The position numbers and the translations under genes were made by a program. This document shows, piece after piece, positions 48,471 to 58,548 of a DNA stretch of 64,000 nt. A model generated the notes under the pieces. It saw only the letters and a program-made list of their open reading frames with translations. It searched no databases and was not told the origin of the DNA. Origin of the DNA: Gammaproteobacteria bacterium (GTDB taxonomy: Bacteria > Pseudomonadota > Gammaproteobacteria > Pseudomonadales > Halieaceae); assembly GCA_003646415.1 (NCBI GenBank), contig QNFS01000001.1, forward strand, positions 15,068 to 79,067, read 5' to 3'. Position 1 is the first letter of the stretch. Every line of letters starts with the position of its first letter.

Positions 48471-49231
48471 AGTTTGTCTCCTGTATTTAACTCTACCGGG
48501 CCTTTTGAAGGCTCGCGGACTGCGCTTCCCGTACGAAAGAGATCACGACTGCGCAGAGGGGTATTCCCGAGATGAGTGGCCAGCGCCTGGCGCAATAAGC
48601 GCTTGGCGGTGAGTCGAACCTGTCCGCCAAATTCACCACTGGCCATAAGCAGCAAATCAGATCCACCAAAGGCGGGATGTGACTGATCGACGGCATCGCC
48701 TCTGGCCACCATGCCAAAATCGGGGTGGTAGTGATACCACAAGTTTTCTCGCACCGGGGCACCACTGGCTCCGTCCACGCTGAGGTCAAAGCTATAGCCC
48801 AACTCATGCAACAGGGAGAATTCAAAGCGCCTCAACACAGTGTCCACCACCTCATTTCCCGCCAGCGCCTGCAGTGTCCGGGCGTAGGCTGCGAATAACT
48901 GCGGGTGGGCATCGTGTTGGTGCAGCAGGCGCACCACCAATTCATTGACGTACAGTCCACTGAACATGCGCTCCCCCCGCAACATAGACACTTTGCCCAC
49001 AGCTTCTGTAGCTGTCAGGGTTTTCAGTTCTGTGCGGCCTGAGAAAGACAGTAATAGAGGTATAAACGGTTGTAGCAGGGCAGCACTACTGACACCTCGC
49101 GACCGACGTCTGGCGCCGCGGGCCACCAGGCTGATTCGTCCGTATTCCGCGGTAAGTACTTCCAGCAGGGCACTGCTGTCTCTGTAGGGACGACTATGTA
49201 GTATATAAGAGGGTTGTAAACTAACGCGCAT
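48467..49231 (-). CDS. recO: DNA repair protein RecO
   Basis: The ATG at 49231 gives [27 protein letters not shown]. The track ORF start at 49369 lies inside era. Confidence 0.85.
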   Translation of the reverse strand: MRVSLQPSYILHSRPYRDSSALLEVLTAEYGRISLVARGARRRSRGVSSAALLQPFIPLLLSFSGRTELKTLTATEAVGKVSMLRGERMFSGLYVNELVVRLLHQHDAHPQLFAAYARTLQALAGNEVVDTVLRRFEFSLLHELGYSFDLSVDGASGAPVRENLWYHYHPDFGMVARGDAVDQSHPAFGGSDLLLMASGEFGGQVRLTAKRLLRQALATHLGNTPLRSRDLFRTGSAVREPSKGPVELNTGDKL

Positions 49232-50144
49232 GATTTGCCAGAACCCGGCGGTCATCGTAGCCGAGGCTGCGCAGCGCGCGCTCGTCATCAGACCAGCCAG
49301 ATTTGACCTTGACCCACAGCCGCAGCATGACTTTACTGTCGAACAACAACTCCATATCCCGGCGGGCATCGGTGCCTATAGAGCGCAGGCGGGAACCCTT
49401 CTCGCCGATAAGAATTTTTTTCTGACCCTTTCGCTCGACAAAAATTACCGCGGAGATATGCAGTACTGCTCCCTCCTGGGCAAACTCCTCTATCTCAACG
49501 GCGATGGCGTAGGGCAACTCATCCCCCAACTGCCGCATGATTTTCTCGCGCACAATTTCCGCTGCCAAAAACCGCTGGCTGCGATCAGTGATCTGGTCCT
49601 CAGGGAAAAAGTGCTTTGACTCGGGCAGGAGCTTCAGGATTTCCGTCTCCAGCTCAGCCACATTGTGCTTGTGCAGGGCGGACACCGGTAAAATCACGGC
49701 GAAGTCGCTTTTGTCCGCCAGCATCTGCAGGTGGGGCAGCAGGTCAGCCTTATCCACCAGCAGGTCTACCTTGTTGACCACCAGCAGGGTGGGCAGGCCT
49801 GCTCGCTGGATCTGCTCCAGTACCATGGCGTCATCTTCAGTCCAGGCGGTGCGATCCACCACGAACACCACCAGGTCCACGTCCTTGATAGCCGAGCTCG
49901 CCGCACGGTTCATATAGCGATTGATCGCCTTGCCCGCATCCTTGTGCAGGCCCGGCGTATCCACAAATATGATCTGGTGCTGATCCTCCGTTTTGATACC
50001 CAATACCTGGTGACGCGTAGTCTGCGGCTTGCGGGAGGTAATACTGATCTTCTGGCCCAGGATATGATTGAGCAGGGTCGACTTTCCCACATTGGGGCGA
50101 CCGACGATGGCAACGTAACCACAGCGCCTGACTTCAGTTGGCAT
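49221..50144 (-). CDS. era: GTPase Era
   Basis: [14 protein letters not shown] and NKVD motifs plus a KH domain. Confidence 0.95.
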   Translation of the reverse strand: MPTEVRRCGYVAIVGRPNVGKSTLLNHILGQKISITSRKPQTTRHQVLGIKTEDQHQIIFVDTPGLHKDAGKAINRYMNRAASSAIKDVDLVVFVVDRTAWTEDDAMVLEQIQRAGLPTLLVVNKVDLLVDKADLLPHLQMLADKSDFAVILPVSALHKHNVAELETEILKLLPESKHFFPEDQITDRSQRFLAAEIVREKIMRQLGDELPYAIAVEIEEFAQEGAVLHISAVIFVERKGQKKILIGEKGSRLRSIGTDARRDMELLFDSKVMLRLWVKVKSGWSDDERALRSLGYDDRRVLANHAR

Positions 50145-50814
50145 GACTGGTCAATCTCTGAAGGGCACAGCGGGCCGCGGCCTGCTCCGCTTTGCGGCGA
50201 CTACTGCCGGCGCCCTCCACTATCAGTGCCGGTTTCTGCAGGCGACAGGCCACGCGAAACTGCTGCTTGTGGTCTTCACCCTGAACACCCAGCAACTCGT
50301 ATTCAGGTAATGGATTGCGCCGCCCCTGCAAGTATTCCTGCAATTGGGTCTTGGCGTCTTTGTCAGCCGCGCCACGGCTGAGTTGCTCCAGTCGCACGGC
50401 AAACCAGCCCAACACGCTCATCCTGCACCGCTCTACCGTACTATCCAGCAGGACCGCACCGACCACAGCCTCAAAGGCGTCCGCCAAAATAGAGCTGCGC
50501 CGGTGTCCACCACTCTTGCGCTCACCGGGCCCGAGCACCAGGTAGTCACCCAGTTGCAGCTCCCTGGCCACCTCCGCCAGAGTATCTCCCTTGACCAGCG
50601 AGGCCCGCATACGGCTCATGTCACCTTCCCTTGCCTGGGGAAACTGCTGGTACAAGGCCTCAGCGATAATATGATTGAGGATAGAGTCCCCGAGAAATTC
50701 GAGGCGCTCATTGTTGTGGCCGCCGGCGCTACGGTGCGTCAGCGCCAGGGTGAGTAGTTGCGGGTCAGTGAACACGTAATCCAGCGCCCGCTGCAGGCGT
50801 GCGACATCGGCCAT
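50134..50814 (-). CDS. rnc: ribonuclease III
   Basis: [10 protein letters not shown] signature plus a dsRBD. Confidence 0.95.
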   Translation of the reverse strand: MADVARLQRALDYVFTDPQLLTLALTHRSAGGHNNERLEFLGDSILNHIIAEALYQQFPQAREGDMSRMRASLVKGDTLAEVARELQLGDYLVLGPGERKSGGHRRSSILADAFEAVVGAVLLDSTVERCRMSVLGWFAVRLEQLSRGAADKDAKTQLQEYLQGRRNPLPEYELLGVQGEDHKQQFRVACRLQKPALIVEGAGSSRRKAEQAAARCALQRLTSHAN

Positions 50815-50817
50815 TTG

Positions 50818-51234
50818 CTATTCTGGGGCAGCGTTCGCTTTACTCGCTGCAATAGGCTCAAGACTACCCGTCACAAACAGCAAATCATCAAACTTCAGCA
50901 CCGCATCGATACGCCCCATGATGGGAAGTCTTACTTCATAGCTAGCATCGATATAGGTTTTGCCCTTCCTGCGGTAGACCTCTACTTCCCTCGGATCCAG
51001 CTCGTAAATCTGGTTGGTATTGAATATATCGGCTATTTTACGTCGAATTTGACTTATGCCCTGTTTCTCGGAGGCGTGCTCATTGGCAATTCTTGAGATA
51101 ATGTCTTTCACACTCAGGTATTCAAAATACGGTGGCGACATACGAACGGCGCACATCAAAAAGAAACCCACCATAATCATAATTATCAGTATGCCGAGTA
51201 TTGACATCCCGGATTGGCGTTGACGTGTGTTCAT
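50818..51234 (-). CDS. DUF4845 domain-containing protein
   Basis: N-terminal TM helix (GMSILGILIIMIMVGFF) in the conserved lepB-rnc position. Confidence 0.7.
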   Translation of the reverse strand: MNTRQRQSGMSILGILIIMIMVGFFLMCAVRMSPPYFEYLSVKDIISRIANEHASEKQGISQIRRKIADIFNTNQIYELDPREVEVYRRKGKTYIDASYEVRLPIMGRIDAVLKFDDLLFVTGSLEPIAASKANAAPE

Positions 51235-51263
51235 ATTTTTATCCCCCAGTTATCTTTTTATAG

Positions 51264-52112
51264 TCATTCTATCAGGCCAACACGGCTGAAGCTCGGGATA
51301 CTAAACAGGGAACCCCAGTGCATCCAGACAGCGAAGGCCTTGCCCACCATATCCTTTTCCTGCACCTGACCCCAAATCCGGCTATCACTGCTGTTGTCCC
51401 GATTGTCACCCATCATGAAATAGTGCCCCGGTTTGACCACTACGGAAAAATCACGGGCCGGGCGCCTATCATCGACCTGTACCAGGTGATTGGCCTCCCC
51501 CAGCTGTTCAAGTCCCACGCTGTACCGGGGTCTCCCGTCGGGGATTTGGGCCAGCGCCTCACTCTCCACCTGCCGGCCGTTCACCAATAACTGCTTGTCG
51601 CGATAGGTCACCGTATCACCGGGCAGCCCTACCACCCGCTTGATAAAATAGGTGTCGTTCATGTGCGGCGGGAAAAATACCATGACGTCACCACGCTGGG
51701 GCTCATTCAGTGCCAGTACCCGGGTGCGCAGCACCGGCAGGCGTATACCGTAGGTGTACTTATTGACCACGATATAGTCACCCACCTGCAAAGTAGGCAC
51801 CATCGAAGAGGAGGGTATCTGGAACGGTTCCACCAGAAAGGAACGCAGCACGAAGACCACGAATAGCACGGGGAAAAAGGACTTGGCGTACTCCACCACT
51901 ACCGGCTCGGAAGCGTTCTGGGCCACTCCCGCCTGGTACTTCAGCGCCTCGGCGCTACCCTCCCGCTCCCACTGGGGGTATTGGTCCTGCAGATCGCCAA
52001 TGACACGACGTCTGCGAGGGGCCAGAAACAGGGCATCCAGCACCCAGATCAGGCCGCTGCCAAAAACCAGAATTACCAGAATAAGAGGAAAATCAATTGT
52101 CACACCGCTCAT
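51264..52112 (-). CDS. lepB: signal peptidase I
   Basis: SSSMVPTL and GDNRDNSSDSR motifs. Confidence 0.95.
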   Translation of the reverse strand: MSGVTIDFPLILVILVFGSGLIWVLDALFLAPRRRRVIGDLQDQYPQWEREGSAEALKYQAGVAQNASEPVVVEYAKSFFPVLFVVFVLRSFLVEPFQIPSSSMVPTLQVGDYIVVNKYTYGIRLPVLRTRVLALNEPQRGDVMVFFPPHMNDTYFIKRVVGLPGDTVTYRDKQLLVNGRQVESEALAQIPDGRPRYSVGLEQLGEANHLVQVDDRRPARDFSVVVKPGHYFMMGDNRDNSSDSRIWGQVQEKDMVGKAFAVWMHWGSLFSIPSFSRVGLIE

Positions 52113-52115
52113 TTG

Positions 52116-53915
52116 TCAGCCGTCCACCTTAAGTACCGCGAGAAAGGCGGATTGAGGTATTTCCACCCGCCCGACTTGTTTCATGCGTTTTTTACCCGCT
52201 TTTTGTTTTTCCAGCAACTTTCGCTTGCGGCTCACGTCGCCACCGTAACACTTGGCCGTCACGTTTTTACGCAGCGCCTTGACAGTCTGTCGCGCCACAA
52301 TCTTGCCGCCAACAGCTGACTGAATCGCCACATCAAACATTTGCCGGGGAATAAGCTCCTTCATTTTTTCAGTGAGCACCCTGCCCCGATGCTGTACCTG
52401 GTCTCTGTGCACAATAATCGCCAGGGCATCGACCCGCTCGCCATTGATCAGCACATCCAGGCGCGCCAGGTTTGCCGCCTCGAATCGCTCGAAACCGTAA
52501 TCCAGGGAAGCATAGCCGCGACTCACTGATTTAAGTCGATCAAAGAAGTCCAGTACTACCTCGGCCATGGGAATATCGTAAACTACCGACACCTGGGCGC
52601 CGAGAAATTGCATATCCCGCTGCACGCCCCTTTTCTCCACACACAGTGTGATGACGTTACCCAGATAATCCTGGGGCACAAGTATATTACAGCGGGCGAT
52701 GGGTTCGCGCATCTCCTCGATATCGCCAACATCCGGCAGAGAGGACGGGTTGTCCACCCTGACCACATCCCCATTCTTTTTTATCACCTCGTAAATCACT
52801 GTGGGCGCAGTGGTAATCAGGTCCAGGTTGTATTCCCGCTCCAGCCGCTCCTGGATGATCTCCATATGTAGCATACCCAGAAAACCACAGCGGAACCCGA
52901 AACCCAGGGCGTCGGAGGATTCCGGCTCATAAAACAGGGAGGCGTCATTGAGGGTCAACTTGGCCAGCGCGTCGCGAAAATCCTCATAATCATCGGAGGA
53001 GATGGTAAATATACCGGCATAGACCTGGGGCTTGATCTGCTTGAAACCGGGCAGTGCCGCCACTTCGGGGGTTTTGGCATGCGTCAGGGAATCGCCCACT
53101 GGCGCACCGTGGATATCCTTGATTCCAGCGACCACAAAACCCACTTCACCCGCTTGCAGGGCATCCGTCTCCTGACGCTTGGGGGTAAAAACGCCCACGC
53201 TGTCAACCTGATGGGCCCTGCCGATAGACTTGGCGATAATCTTGTCGCGCTTGCGCAATACACCCTGTTTGACACGCACCAGGGAAACGACGCCCAGGTA
53301 ATTGTCAAACCAGGAGTCGATGATCAACGCCTGTAACGGCGCATCCCGGTCACCTTCCGGTGGTGGAATATTCTCCACCAGGTATTCCAGGGCATCCTCG
53401 ATGCCCATCCCGGTCTTGGCGCTGACCTCGCAGGCATCCGTGGCGTCGATGCCAATGATTTCTTCAATTTCCAGCTTTACCCGGTCCGGGTCGGCCTGTG
53501 GTAGGTCCATCTTATTAAGGATTGGCAGCACCTCAAGCCCTTGCTCAATGGCCGTATAGCAGTTGGCCACAGACTGGGCCTCCACACCCTGCCCCGCATC
53601 GACTACCAGCAGCGCCCCTTCACAGGCGGAGAGCGAGCGGGACACCTCATAGGAAAAGTCCACGTGCCCGGGGGTATCGATGAAATTGAGCTGATAGGTC
53701 TGGCCGTCGCGCGCCTCGTAGTCCAGCGTCACGCTCTGGGCCTTGATGGTAATGCCCCGCTCCCGTTCGATATCCATCGAATCGAGTACCTGAGCCCCCA
53801 TCTCTCTGGCGCTCAAACCACCACAGTGCTGGATGAAGCGATCAGCCAGGGTCGATTTGCCGTGATCGATATGGGCGATAATAGAGAAATTGCGGATGTT
53901 ACGGAGGTCGCTCAC
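52116..53915 (-). CDS. lepA: elongation factor 4
   Basis: 599 aa with [17 protein letters not shown] and DTPGHVDF. Confidence 0.95.
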   Translation of the reverse strand: MSDLRNIRNFSIIAHIDHGKSTLADRFIQHCGGLSAREMGAQVLDSMDIERERGITIKAQSVTLDYEARDGQTYQLNFIDTPGHVDFSYEVSRSLSACEGALLVVDAGQGVEAQSVANCYTAIEQGLEVLPILNKMDLPQADPDRVKLEIEEIIGIDATDACEVSAKTGMGIEDALEYLVENIPPPEGDRDAPLQALIIDSWFDNYLGVVSLVRVKQGVLRKRDKIIAKSIGRAHQVDSVGVFTPKRQETDALQAGEVGFVVAGIKDIHGAPVGDSLTHAKTPEVAALPGFKQIKPQVYAGIFTISSDDYEDFRDALAKLTLNDASLFYEPESSDALGFGFRCGFLGMLHMEIIQERLEREYNLDLITTAPTVIYEVIKKNGDVVRVDNPSSLPDVGDIEEMREPIARCNILVPQDYLGNVITLCVEKRGVQRDMQFLGAQVSVVYDIPMAEVVLDFFDRLKSVSRGYASLDYGFERFEAANLARLDVLINGERVDALAIIVHRDQVQHRGRVLTEKMKELIPRQMFDVAIQSAVGGKIVARQTVKALRKNVTAKCYGGDVSRKRKLLEKQKAGKKRMKQVGRVEIPQSAFLAVLKVDG

Positions 53916-54047
53916 ACACTAGTACCCCTTCTAGGGCCCGGTTGCGGTGACGCCCCCGCCAAACCCATTCGGCGTGGGGTGCTGTGCCACCAAAAAACGC
54001 GCGATTGTACCCTATTGGGGGCCAGTGCTCCAACCAGTCCTTCAACT

Positions 54048-55451
54048 TCAGCCCTTCAACTTCAGTCCTATGAACATCGGTGAGCCGCGCCGTATCAGGC
54101 GCAGCGGCACGGAGCTGCCCCCTTCCAGCTTGTCCACCGCGCGATCAAAGGTTTCCGTAGAGGTAATCGGGCTGGAGGCAATCAGCGTGATCACATCCCC
54201 GGGTAGAATTCCGGCCTCGGCGGCTACGGATGAAGGAACCACCTTGCGCACTACCACGCCGCCGCTGATTCCCAAACGCTCCAGAGCCTCGTCGCTGGCT
54301 GTCTCGACCACCAGGCCCAGCCTGCCACCGTGGCCGTCCTCTGCCCCCCCGGCAATGAGAGCAAAGCTGTCATCGGCGTCCAGACCGCCCACCTTCACCT
54401 TCAGCTTTTTATGTTTTCTGTCCCGCACAATCTCCACCGGCACCGTGGTGTCGGGCGAGATAAGGCCCACCACGTGGGGCAGGTCGGCTGATGTAGGGAT
54501 ATCCTTGCCATCGAAGCGGATGATCACATCGCCGGGCTGCAGGCCCGCCTTGTCAGCAGGGCCACCTTTAGCCAATTGCGCCACCAGCGCACCGTGCGGA
54601 TGATCCAGGCCAAAGGACTCCGCCAGATTCTTGTCAATATCCTGAATGGTGACGCCCAGCCACCCCCTGGTCACCCGACCATCGGTTTTCAACTGGGCCA
54701 CCACATTGCGCACCACACTCACGGGGATGGCAAAAGAAAGGCCTATAGAACCGCCGCTGCGGGTAAATATCTGCGAGTTGACACCAACCACCTCCCCATC
54801 GAGGTTAAACAAGGGACCACCTGAGTTGCCGGGGTTGATCGCCACATCCGTTTGTATAAACGGTACATAATTCTCGTTACGTTCAGTGGGCAGACTGCGC
54901 CCCTTGGCACTGACAATACCGGCTGTCACTGAGTAATCCAACCCAAACGGAGAACCGATAGCCAATACCCACTCGCCCACTTCCAGGCTGTCTTTGTGGG
55001 CCAGTTTCAGTACCGGTAAATCTGTGGCTTCGATGCGCAGCAGGGCCAGGTCGGAGCGTGGGTCGGTGCCAATCACCTCGGCATTGAATTCATGGCGATT
55101 ACTCATACGTACCAGCACACTGTCGGCACCTTCCACAACATGGTTATTGGTCAGGATATAGCCGTCATCAGAGATGATAAAACCTGAACCCATGGCCATG
55201 CGCTGCCGTCGGGACGGCGGGGTGCCGCGGAACTCGAAGAAGCGACGCAGGTACTCGGGAATCTCTTCAGGGCCGGGCTGCCCCTGCCCGCCGTGGGCCC
55301 GGCTATGCTGCACAATGATCTTCACCACCGCGGGGGAATTTTCTCGAACTATTTCACGGAAATCAGGTGGCTCTACCGCTGCGGCAAGTCCTGGCATCGC
55401 CAGGCTGAAAATCAGAAAAACGGGGGTCATCAATCGAGTTATGGCTTTCAT
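54048..55451 (-). CDS. degP: Do-family periplasmic serine endoprotease (DegP/MucD)
   Basis: Signal peptide, the catalytic His and Asp of the triad with the Ser in GNSGGPL, and two PDZ domains. Confidence 0.9.
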   Translation of the reverse strand: MKAITRLMTPVFLIFSLAMPGLAAAVEPPDFREIVRENSPAVVKIIVQHSRAHGGQGQPGPEEIPEYLRRFFEFRGTPPSRRQRMAMGSGFIISDDGYILTNNHVVEGADSVLVRMSNRHEFNAEVIGTDPRSDLALLRIEATDLPVLKLAHKDSLEVGEWVLAIGSPFGLDYSVTAGIVSAKGRSLPTERNENYVPFIQTDVAINPGNSGGPLFNLDGEVVGVNSQIFTRSGGSIGLSFAIPVSVVRNVVAQLKTDGRVTRGWLGVTIQDIDKNLAESFGLDHPHGALVAQLAKGGPADKAGLQPGDVIIRFDGKDIPTSADLPHVVGLISPDTTVPVEIVRDRKHKKLKVKVGGLDADDSFALIAGGAEDGHGGRLGLVVETASDEALERLGISGGVVVRKVVPSSVAAEAGILPGDVITLIASSPITSTETFDRAVDKLEGGSSVPLRLIRRGSPMFIGLKLKG

Positions 55452-55500
55452 TCATTCTATCCATTGGAATTGGGTATTAGTCGAGTTGTAAAACAGTGGA

Positions 55501-55977
55501 TTAGACTACAGTGACCCGCTCCTTGAGGGGGCGCAACACTTCCAGCAGGGTCGGTTGCAAACTGCGGTCATCGCGATGACGCCAGGCATGCCAGCGCACC
55601 AGCACAAAGCCCAGACCGAAGCCACCCGCGGCGCCAAGCGCGGCCAACACATCCTGGCTGCCCGGCGCCAGCCCCACGGCGGTCGCCGCACCTGCAAGCA
55701 TACAGACCAGGGGCAGCATATAGACAATCAGGGAGCCGCGCAGGATGACTTCTTCGGGAATACCGATACGTACCTTGTCATCGACGCTGCACACCCCCTC
55801 ATCCTGACCGCCGGGCAGTACTCGGATGTAGCCGCGCCTGCCATCGGAGAGTCGATTTAGCAGACCGTGACCACAGCCTTTTTGCGCTGCGCAGGAGCCA
55901 CAGGTGCTCTGGCGGATAGGCTCAACCCATAGCCCGTCAGAGTCCACAGCTACCACACGCCCGGTTTCAATCAGCAT
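55501..55977 (-). CDS. rseC: sigma-E regulatory protein RseC/MucC
   Basis: CGSCAAQKGCG motif plus two C-terminal TM helices. The position after rseB fits. Confidence 0.8.
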   Translation of the reverse strand: MLIETGRVVAVDSDGLWVEPIRQSTCGSCAAQKGCGHGLLNRLSDGRRGYIRVLPGGQDEGVCSVDDKVRIGIPEEVILRGSLIVYMLPLVCMLAGAATAVGLAPGSQDVLAALGAAGGFGLGFVLVRWHAWRHRDDRSLQPTLLEVLRPLKERVTVV

Positions 55978-55978
55978 A

Positions 55979-56977
55979 TCATGGTGTCCAGTCGACAGAG
56001 TCAGCTACCATTCTAGCCGTATTAACCGGTACTTCACCAATCACGGTTACCAGCACCGACTGTCCGGTGAAGCGCATACCACGAGTATAGGACAGGGTAC
56101 TGCCACGGTGCACCACACCCTCCCCGGGGCGAATTTCCTGGCCCAGTTCCTCCAGGAATACCGAAAAAACCGCCAGCCCATCCGTATAAGTCCTGCGCCC
56201 ACCACCGCCCACCGGTATATCGGTGGAGATAAATCCTCGCGGTACCCAGCCTACACCCCATTTGTTACCGTCCGATGCGGTCGGCACAGCTGCCGGGGGC
56301 AGGGGGTGCTGCGCCTCATGCACGAGGTTGACCTCAGTGCCATCGAGAATCTGTCCCGAGTAAGACAGGTTGGCAAACTGGAACTTTTCCAGGATTTTTT
56401 CACCGCGCCCGATGGTTTCCGCCTTGAGCAGCAGCGCCGTTTCCCCGTCCAACTGCATAACATAACCGAAGCGATACATGTCCCGGGGCTCGATTCGAAT
56501 ACGCACGGCCATGCGTCCGGCAACCCGCTCTCCATCGGTGACACTGAAACGGTAATACTGTGCTATACCACAGCGCCCGGCCTGCAGATCCGCACCGAGG
56601 CGCAGTAACCTGTGTCCAGGATGAATACAGTCCAACGGGTGATCGGCACGCTCAACCTGCGCCCCCTGCCCGGTCAATTCTGTGAGGCGCTCTGAAATGG
56701 TGCCCTCCCCCACCGAATGAGAGATCTGCATCACCTGCATGTCATCCCCACGCTGCAATGTCACCACCCCGTTGTAGCTCACCTGGCGGACACTTCTGGA
56801 CATCTTGTCCAGCCAGGACAAAGCGGCCGCATCGGCCCCGGGGCAAACGGCCGCACTTGCCACACCAGTCGTAATAAGCGACAAGGCGGCAAGCAGGACA
56901 TGCGAGCAGCGGTATCTAAGCAGGTTCTGAAGCACGCGGCGGTATTCCCTATTCCCGAATCCGGGGCACACGGGCAA
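55979..56977 (-). CDS. rseB: sigma-E regulatory protein RseB/MucB
   Basis: Signal peptide (...ITTGVASAA) and the position after rseA. The true start may be the GTG at 56935 rather than the ATG at 56977, which lies inside rseA. Confidence 0.8.
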   Translation of the reverse strand: MPVCPGFGNREYRRVLQNLLRYRCSHVLLAALSLITTGVASAAVCPGADAAALSWLDKMSRSVRQVSYNGVVTLQRGDDMQVMQISHSVGEGTISERLTELTGQGAQVERADHPLDCIHPGHRLLRLGADLQAGRCGIAQYYRFSVTDGERVAGRMAVRIRIEPRDMYRFGYVMQLDGETALLLKAETIGRGEKILEKFQFANLSYSGQILDGTEVNLVHEAQHPLPPAAVPTASDGNKWGVGWVPRGFISTDIPVGGGGRRTYTDGLAVFSVFLEELGQEIRPGEGVVHRGSTLSYTRGMRFTGQSVLVTVIGEVPVNTARMVADSVDWTP

Positions 56978-57578
56978 AAGGAATCAACCCCTGGGGTGAA
57001 TTGAGTGCGGCCTGCTCCGCGTGTTCCTGCATATATTTGTGCATCCGCTGGCGTGCCAATTCCCGATATGCGGTACGGGTAGCCGGCTGCAGCACAGGCA
57101 TGGTCTGCGTACCGTAACTGGCTTGTACCGTTGTCGCACCGAGATTATTGACCAGACCCACAGGCGAGGCACTGGCCGCCACGGCCTGGCCATTGCCATA
57201 CGGATCCACGCCACCTATCCGGGCAAGTTGCTGTCCGCCGATAACGACAGTGGCCGCTACCGATGCCGCAATCGCGAGGCTGGCTAGCGGGCGCAGGAAG
57301 CGCTGCCTGAGGCTTGTGGCATTGTGCACAGCAGATGGCATTCGCTGCGCGGCGGTTGTTTTTTGCGCTGCTATGGCCTGCCTCACCTGCGTGGATATAT
57401 CCAGTTCCATATGGGCAAGCTGGTGGCCCGAGACTGTTGCACACACCGCGTTGTAACGAACCCAGGTCTGGCGCAGATCATCGTCATCTGCTATGTGTGA
57501 CAAGACACGCTCCAGTTCCAGTTCATTAGCTTCGTCATCCAACAATGCGGAAAGAGACTCATGCTTTCTTTCACTCAT
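56949..57578 (-). CDS. rseA: anti-sigma-E factor RseA/MucA
   Basis: N-terminus SLSALLDDEANELE and a central TM helix. Located after rpoE. Confidence 0.8.
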   Translation of the reverse strand: MSERKHESLSALLDDEANELELERVLSHIADDDDLRQTWVRYNAVCATVSGHQLAHMELDISTQVRQAIAAQKTTAAQRMPSAVHNATSLRQRFLRPLASLAIAASVAATVVIGGQQLARIGGVDPYGNGQAVAASASPVGLVNNLGATTVQASYGTQTMPVLQPATRTAYRELARQRMHKYMQEHAEQAALNSPQGLIPFARVPRIRE

Positions 57579-57663
57579 CGTTCACTTCCTTCGTGCGTGT
57601 ACACGTATCATCTTGTGTTGCCCCGGCCGAATGCTCAACAGGTGGCATGTTGAATCCAGAGCA

Positions 57664-58248
57664 TCAGGCTTCACCACCGAGTTGCTCCCTTACCTGTACA
57701 TCTATCGCCTCGCGTGCACGGAATATCCGCGAACGCACTGTACCCACCGGACAATCCATAATGTCAGCGATATCCTCATAACTGAGACCATCAAACTCGC
57801 GTAAAGTTACCGCGGTCCGCAGATCATCCGGCAACGCGCCAATAGCTCTGTCTACCACGGCTTTCAACTCGGCTCCAAATAGAGCATTTTCCGGGTTTTC
57901 GATGTCACGCAAGGCACCGCCGCCCTCGTAATATTCCGCGTCTTCCACCTCAACATCCGTGCCGGGTGGTCGCCGGGAGCGCGATACGAGATAGTTCTTT
58001 GCCGTATTGATGGCGATCCGGTAAAGCCAGGTATAAAACGCGCTGTCCCCACGAAATCTCGGTAGGGCCTTGTAGGCTTTGATGAAAGCCTCCTGGGCAA
58101 CATCCTGTACTTCATCGGCATCACGTACATAGCGGCTGATCAAGCCAAAAATCTTGTGTTGGTACTTCAACACCAGCAGGTCAAAAGCCCTGGAGTCACC
58201 CTTCTGCGCCCTGAGCACGAGCTGCTGATCCGTCTCTGCGGCAGTCAT
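57664..58248 (-). CDS. rpoE: RNA polymerase sigma factor RpoE (AlgU)
   Basis: The ATG at 58248 gives MTAAETDQQLVLRAQKGDSRAFDLLVLKYQHK, compared with E. coli MSEQLTDQVLVERVQKGDQKAFNLLVVRYQHK. Confidence 0.95.
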   Translation of the reverse strand: MTAAETDQQLVLRAQKGDSRAFDLLVLKYQHKIFGLISRYVRDADEVQDVAQEAFIKAYKALPRFRGDSAFYTWLYRIAINTAKNYLVSRSRRPPGTDVEVEDAEYYEGGGALRDIENPENALFGAELKAVVDRAIGALPDDLRTAVTLREFDGLSYEDIADIMDCPVGTVRSRIFRAREAIDVQVREQLGGEA

Positions 58249-58310
58249 GCCCTGTCCCTCTCCCTGGTCCATGACACCACTGTCCTGGCGATATCCAACC
58301 ACTTGCAGTA

Positions 58311-58337
58311 AGAGACAGCGGAAACGCCCAAAAGTTC
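58311..58337 (-). promoter_or_regulatory. candidate sigma-E-type promoter (proximal)
   Basis: The minus strand reads cGAACTT-N16-TCTCT. The consensus, from memory, is GGAACTT-N16-TCnnA. Confidence 0.3.
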
Positions 58338-58362
58338 GCTTCTGGCCCGATACAGCCGGTAA

Positions 58363-58389
58363 TATGAGGGGTCTGTATTAATAAAGTTC
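58363..58389 (-). promoter_or_regulatory. candidate sigma-E-type promoter (distal)
   Basis: The minus strand reads gGGAACTT-tattaatacagacccc-TCATA, with a 16-nt spacer after GAACTT. Confidence 0.4.
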
Positions 58390-58548
58390 CCCACAGGAGA
58401 GTTTTCTTATTTTCCACGAGGTCGTATATACTCGCGTCTTGTGTGCTGTAATGAATAACGTGTGCATTACAGTAATGATATTAATCGAAGCTTAATCTTT
58501 GGGCCACATCAAATAATTCACACACCACAGCGGCAAGCACTGAGTTCT

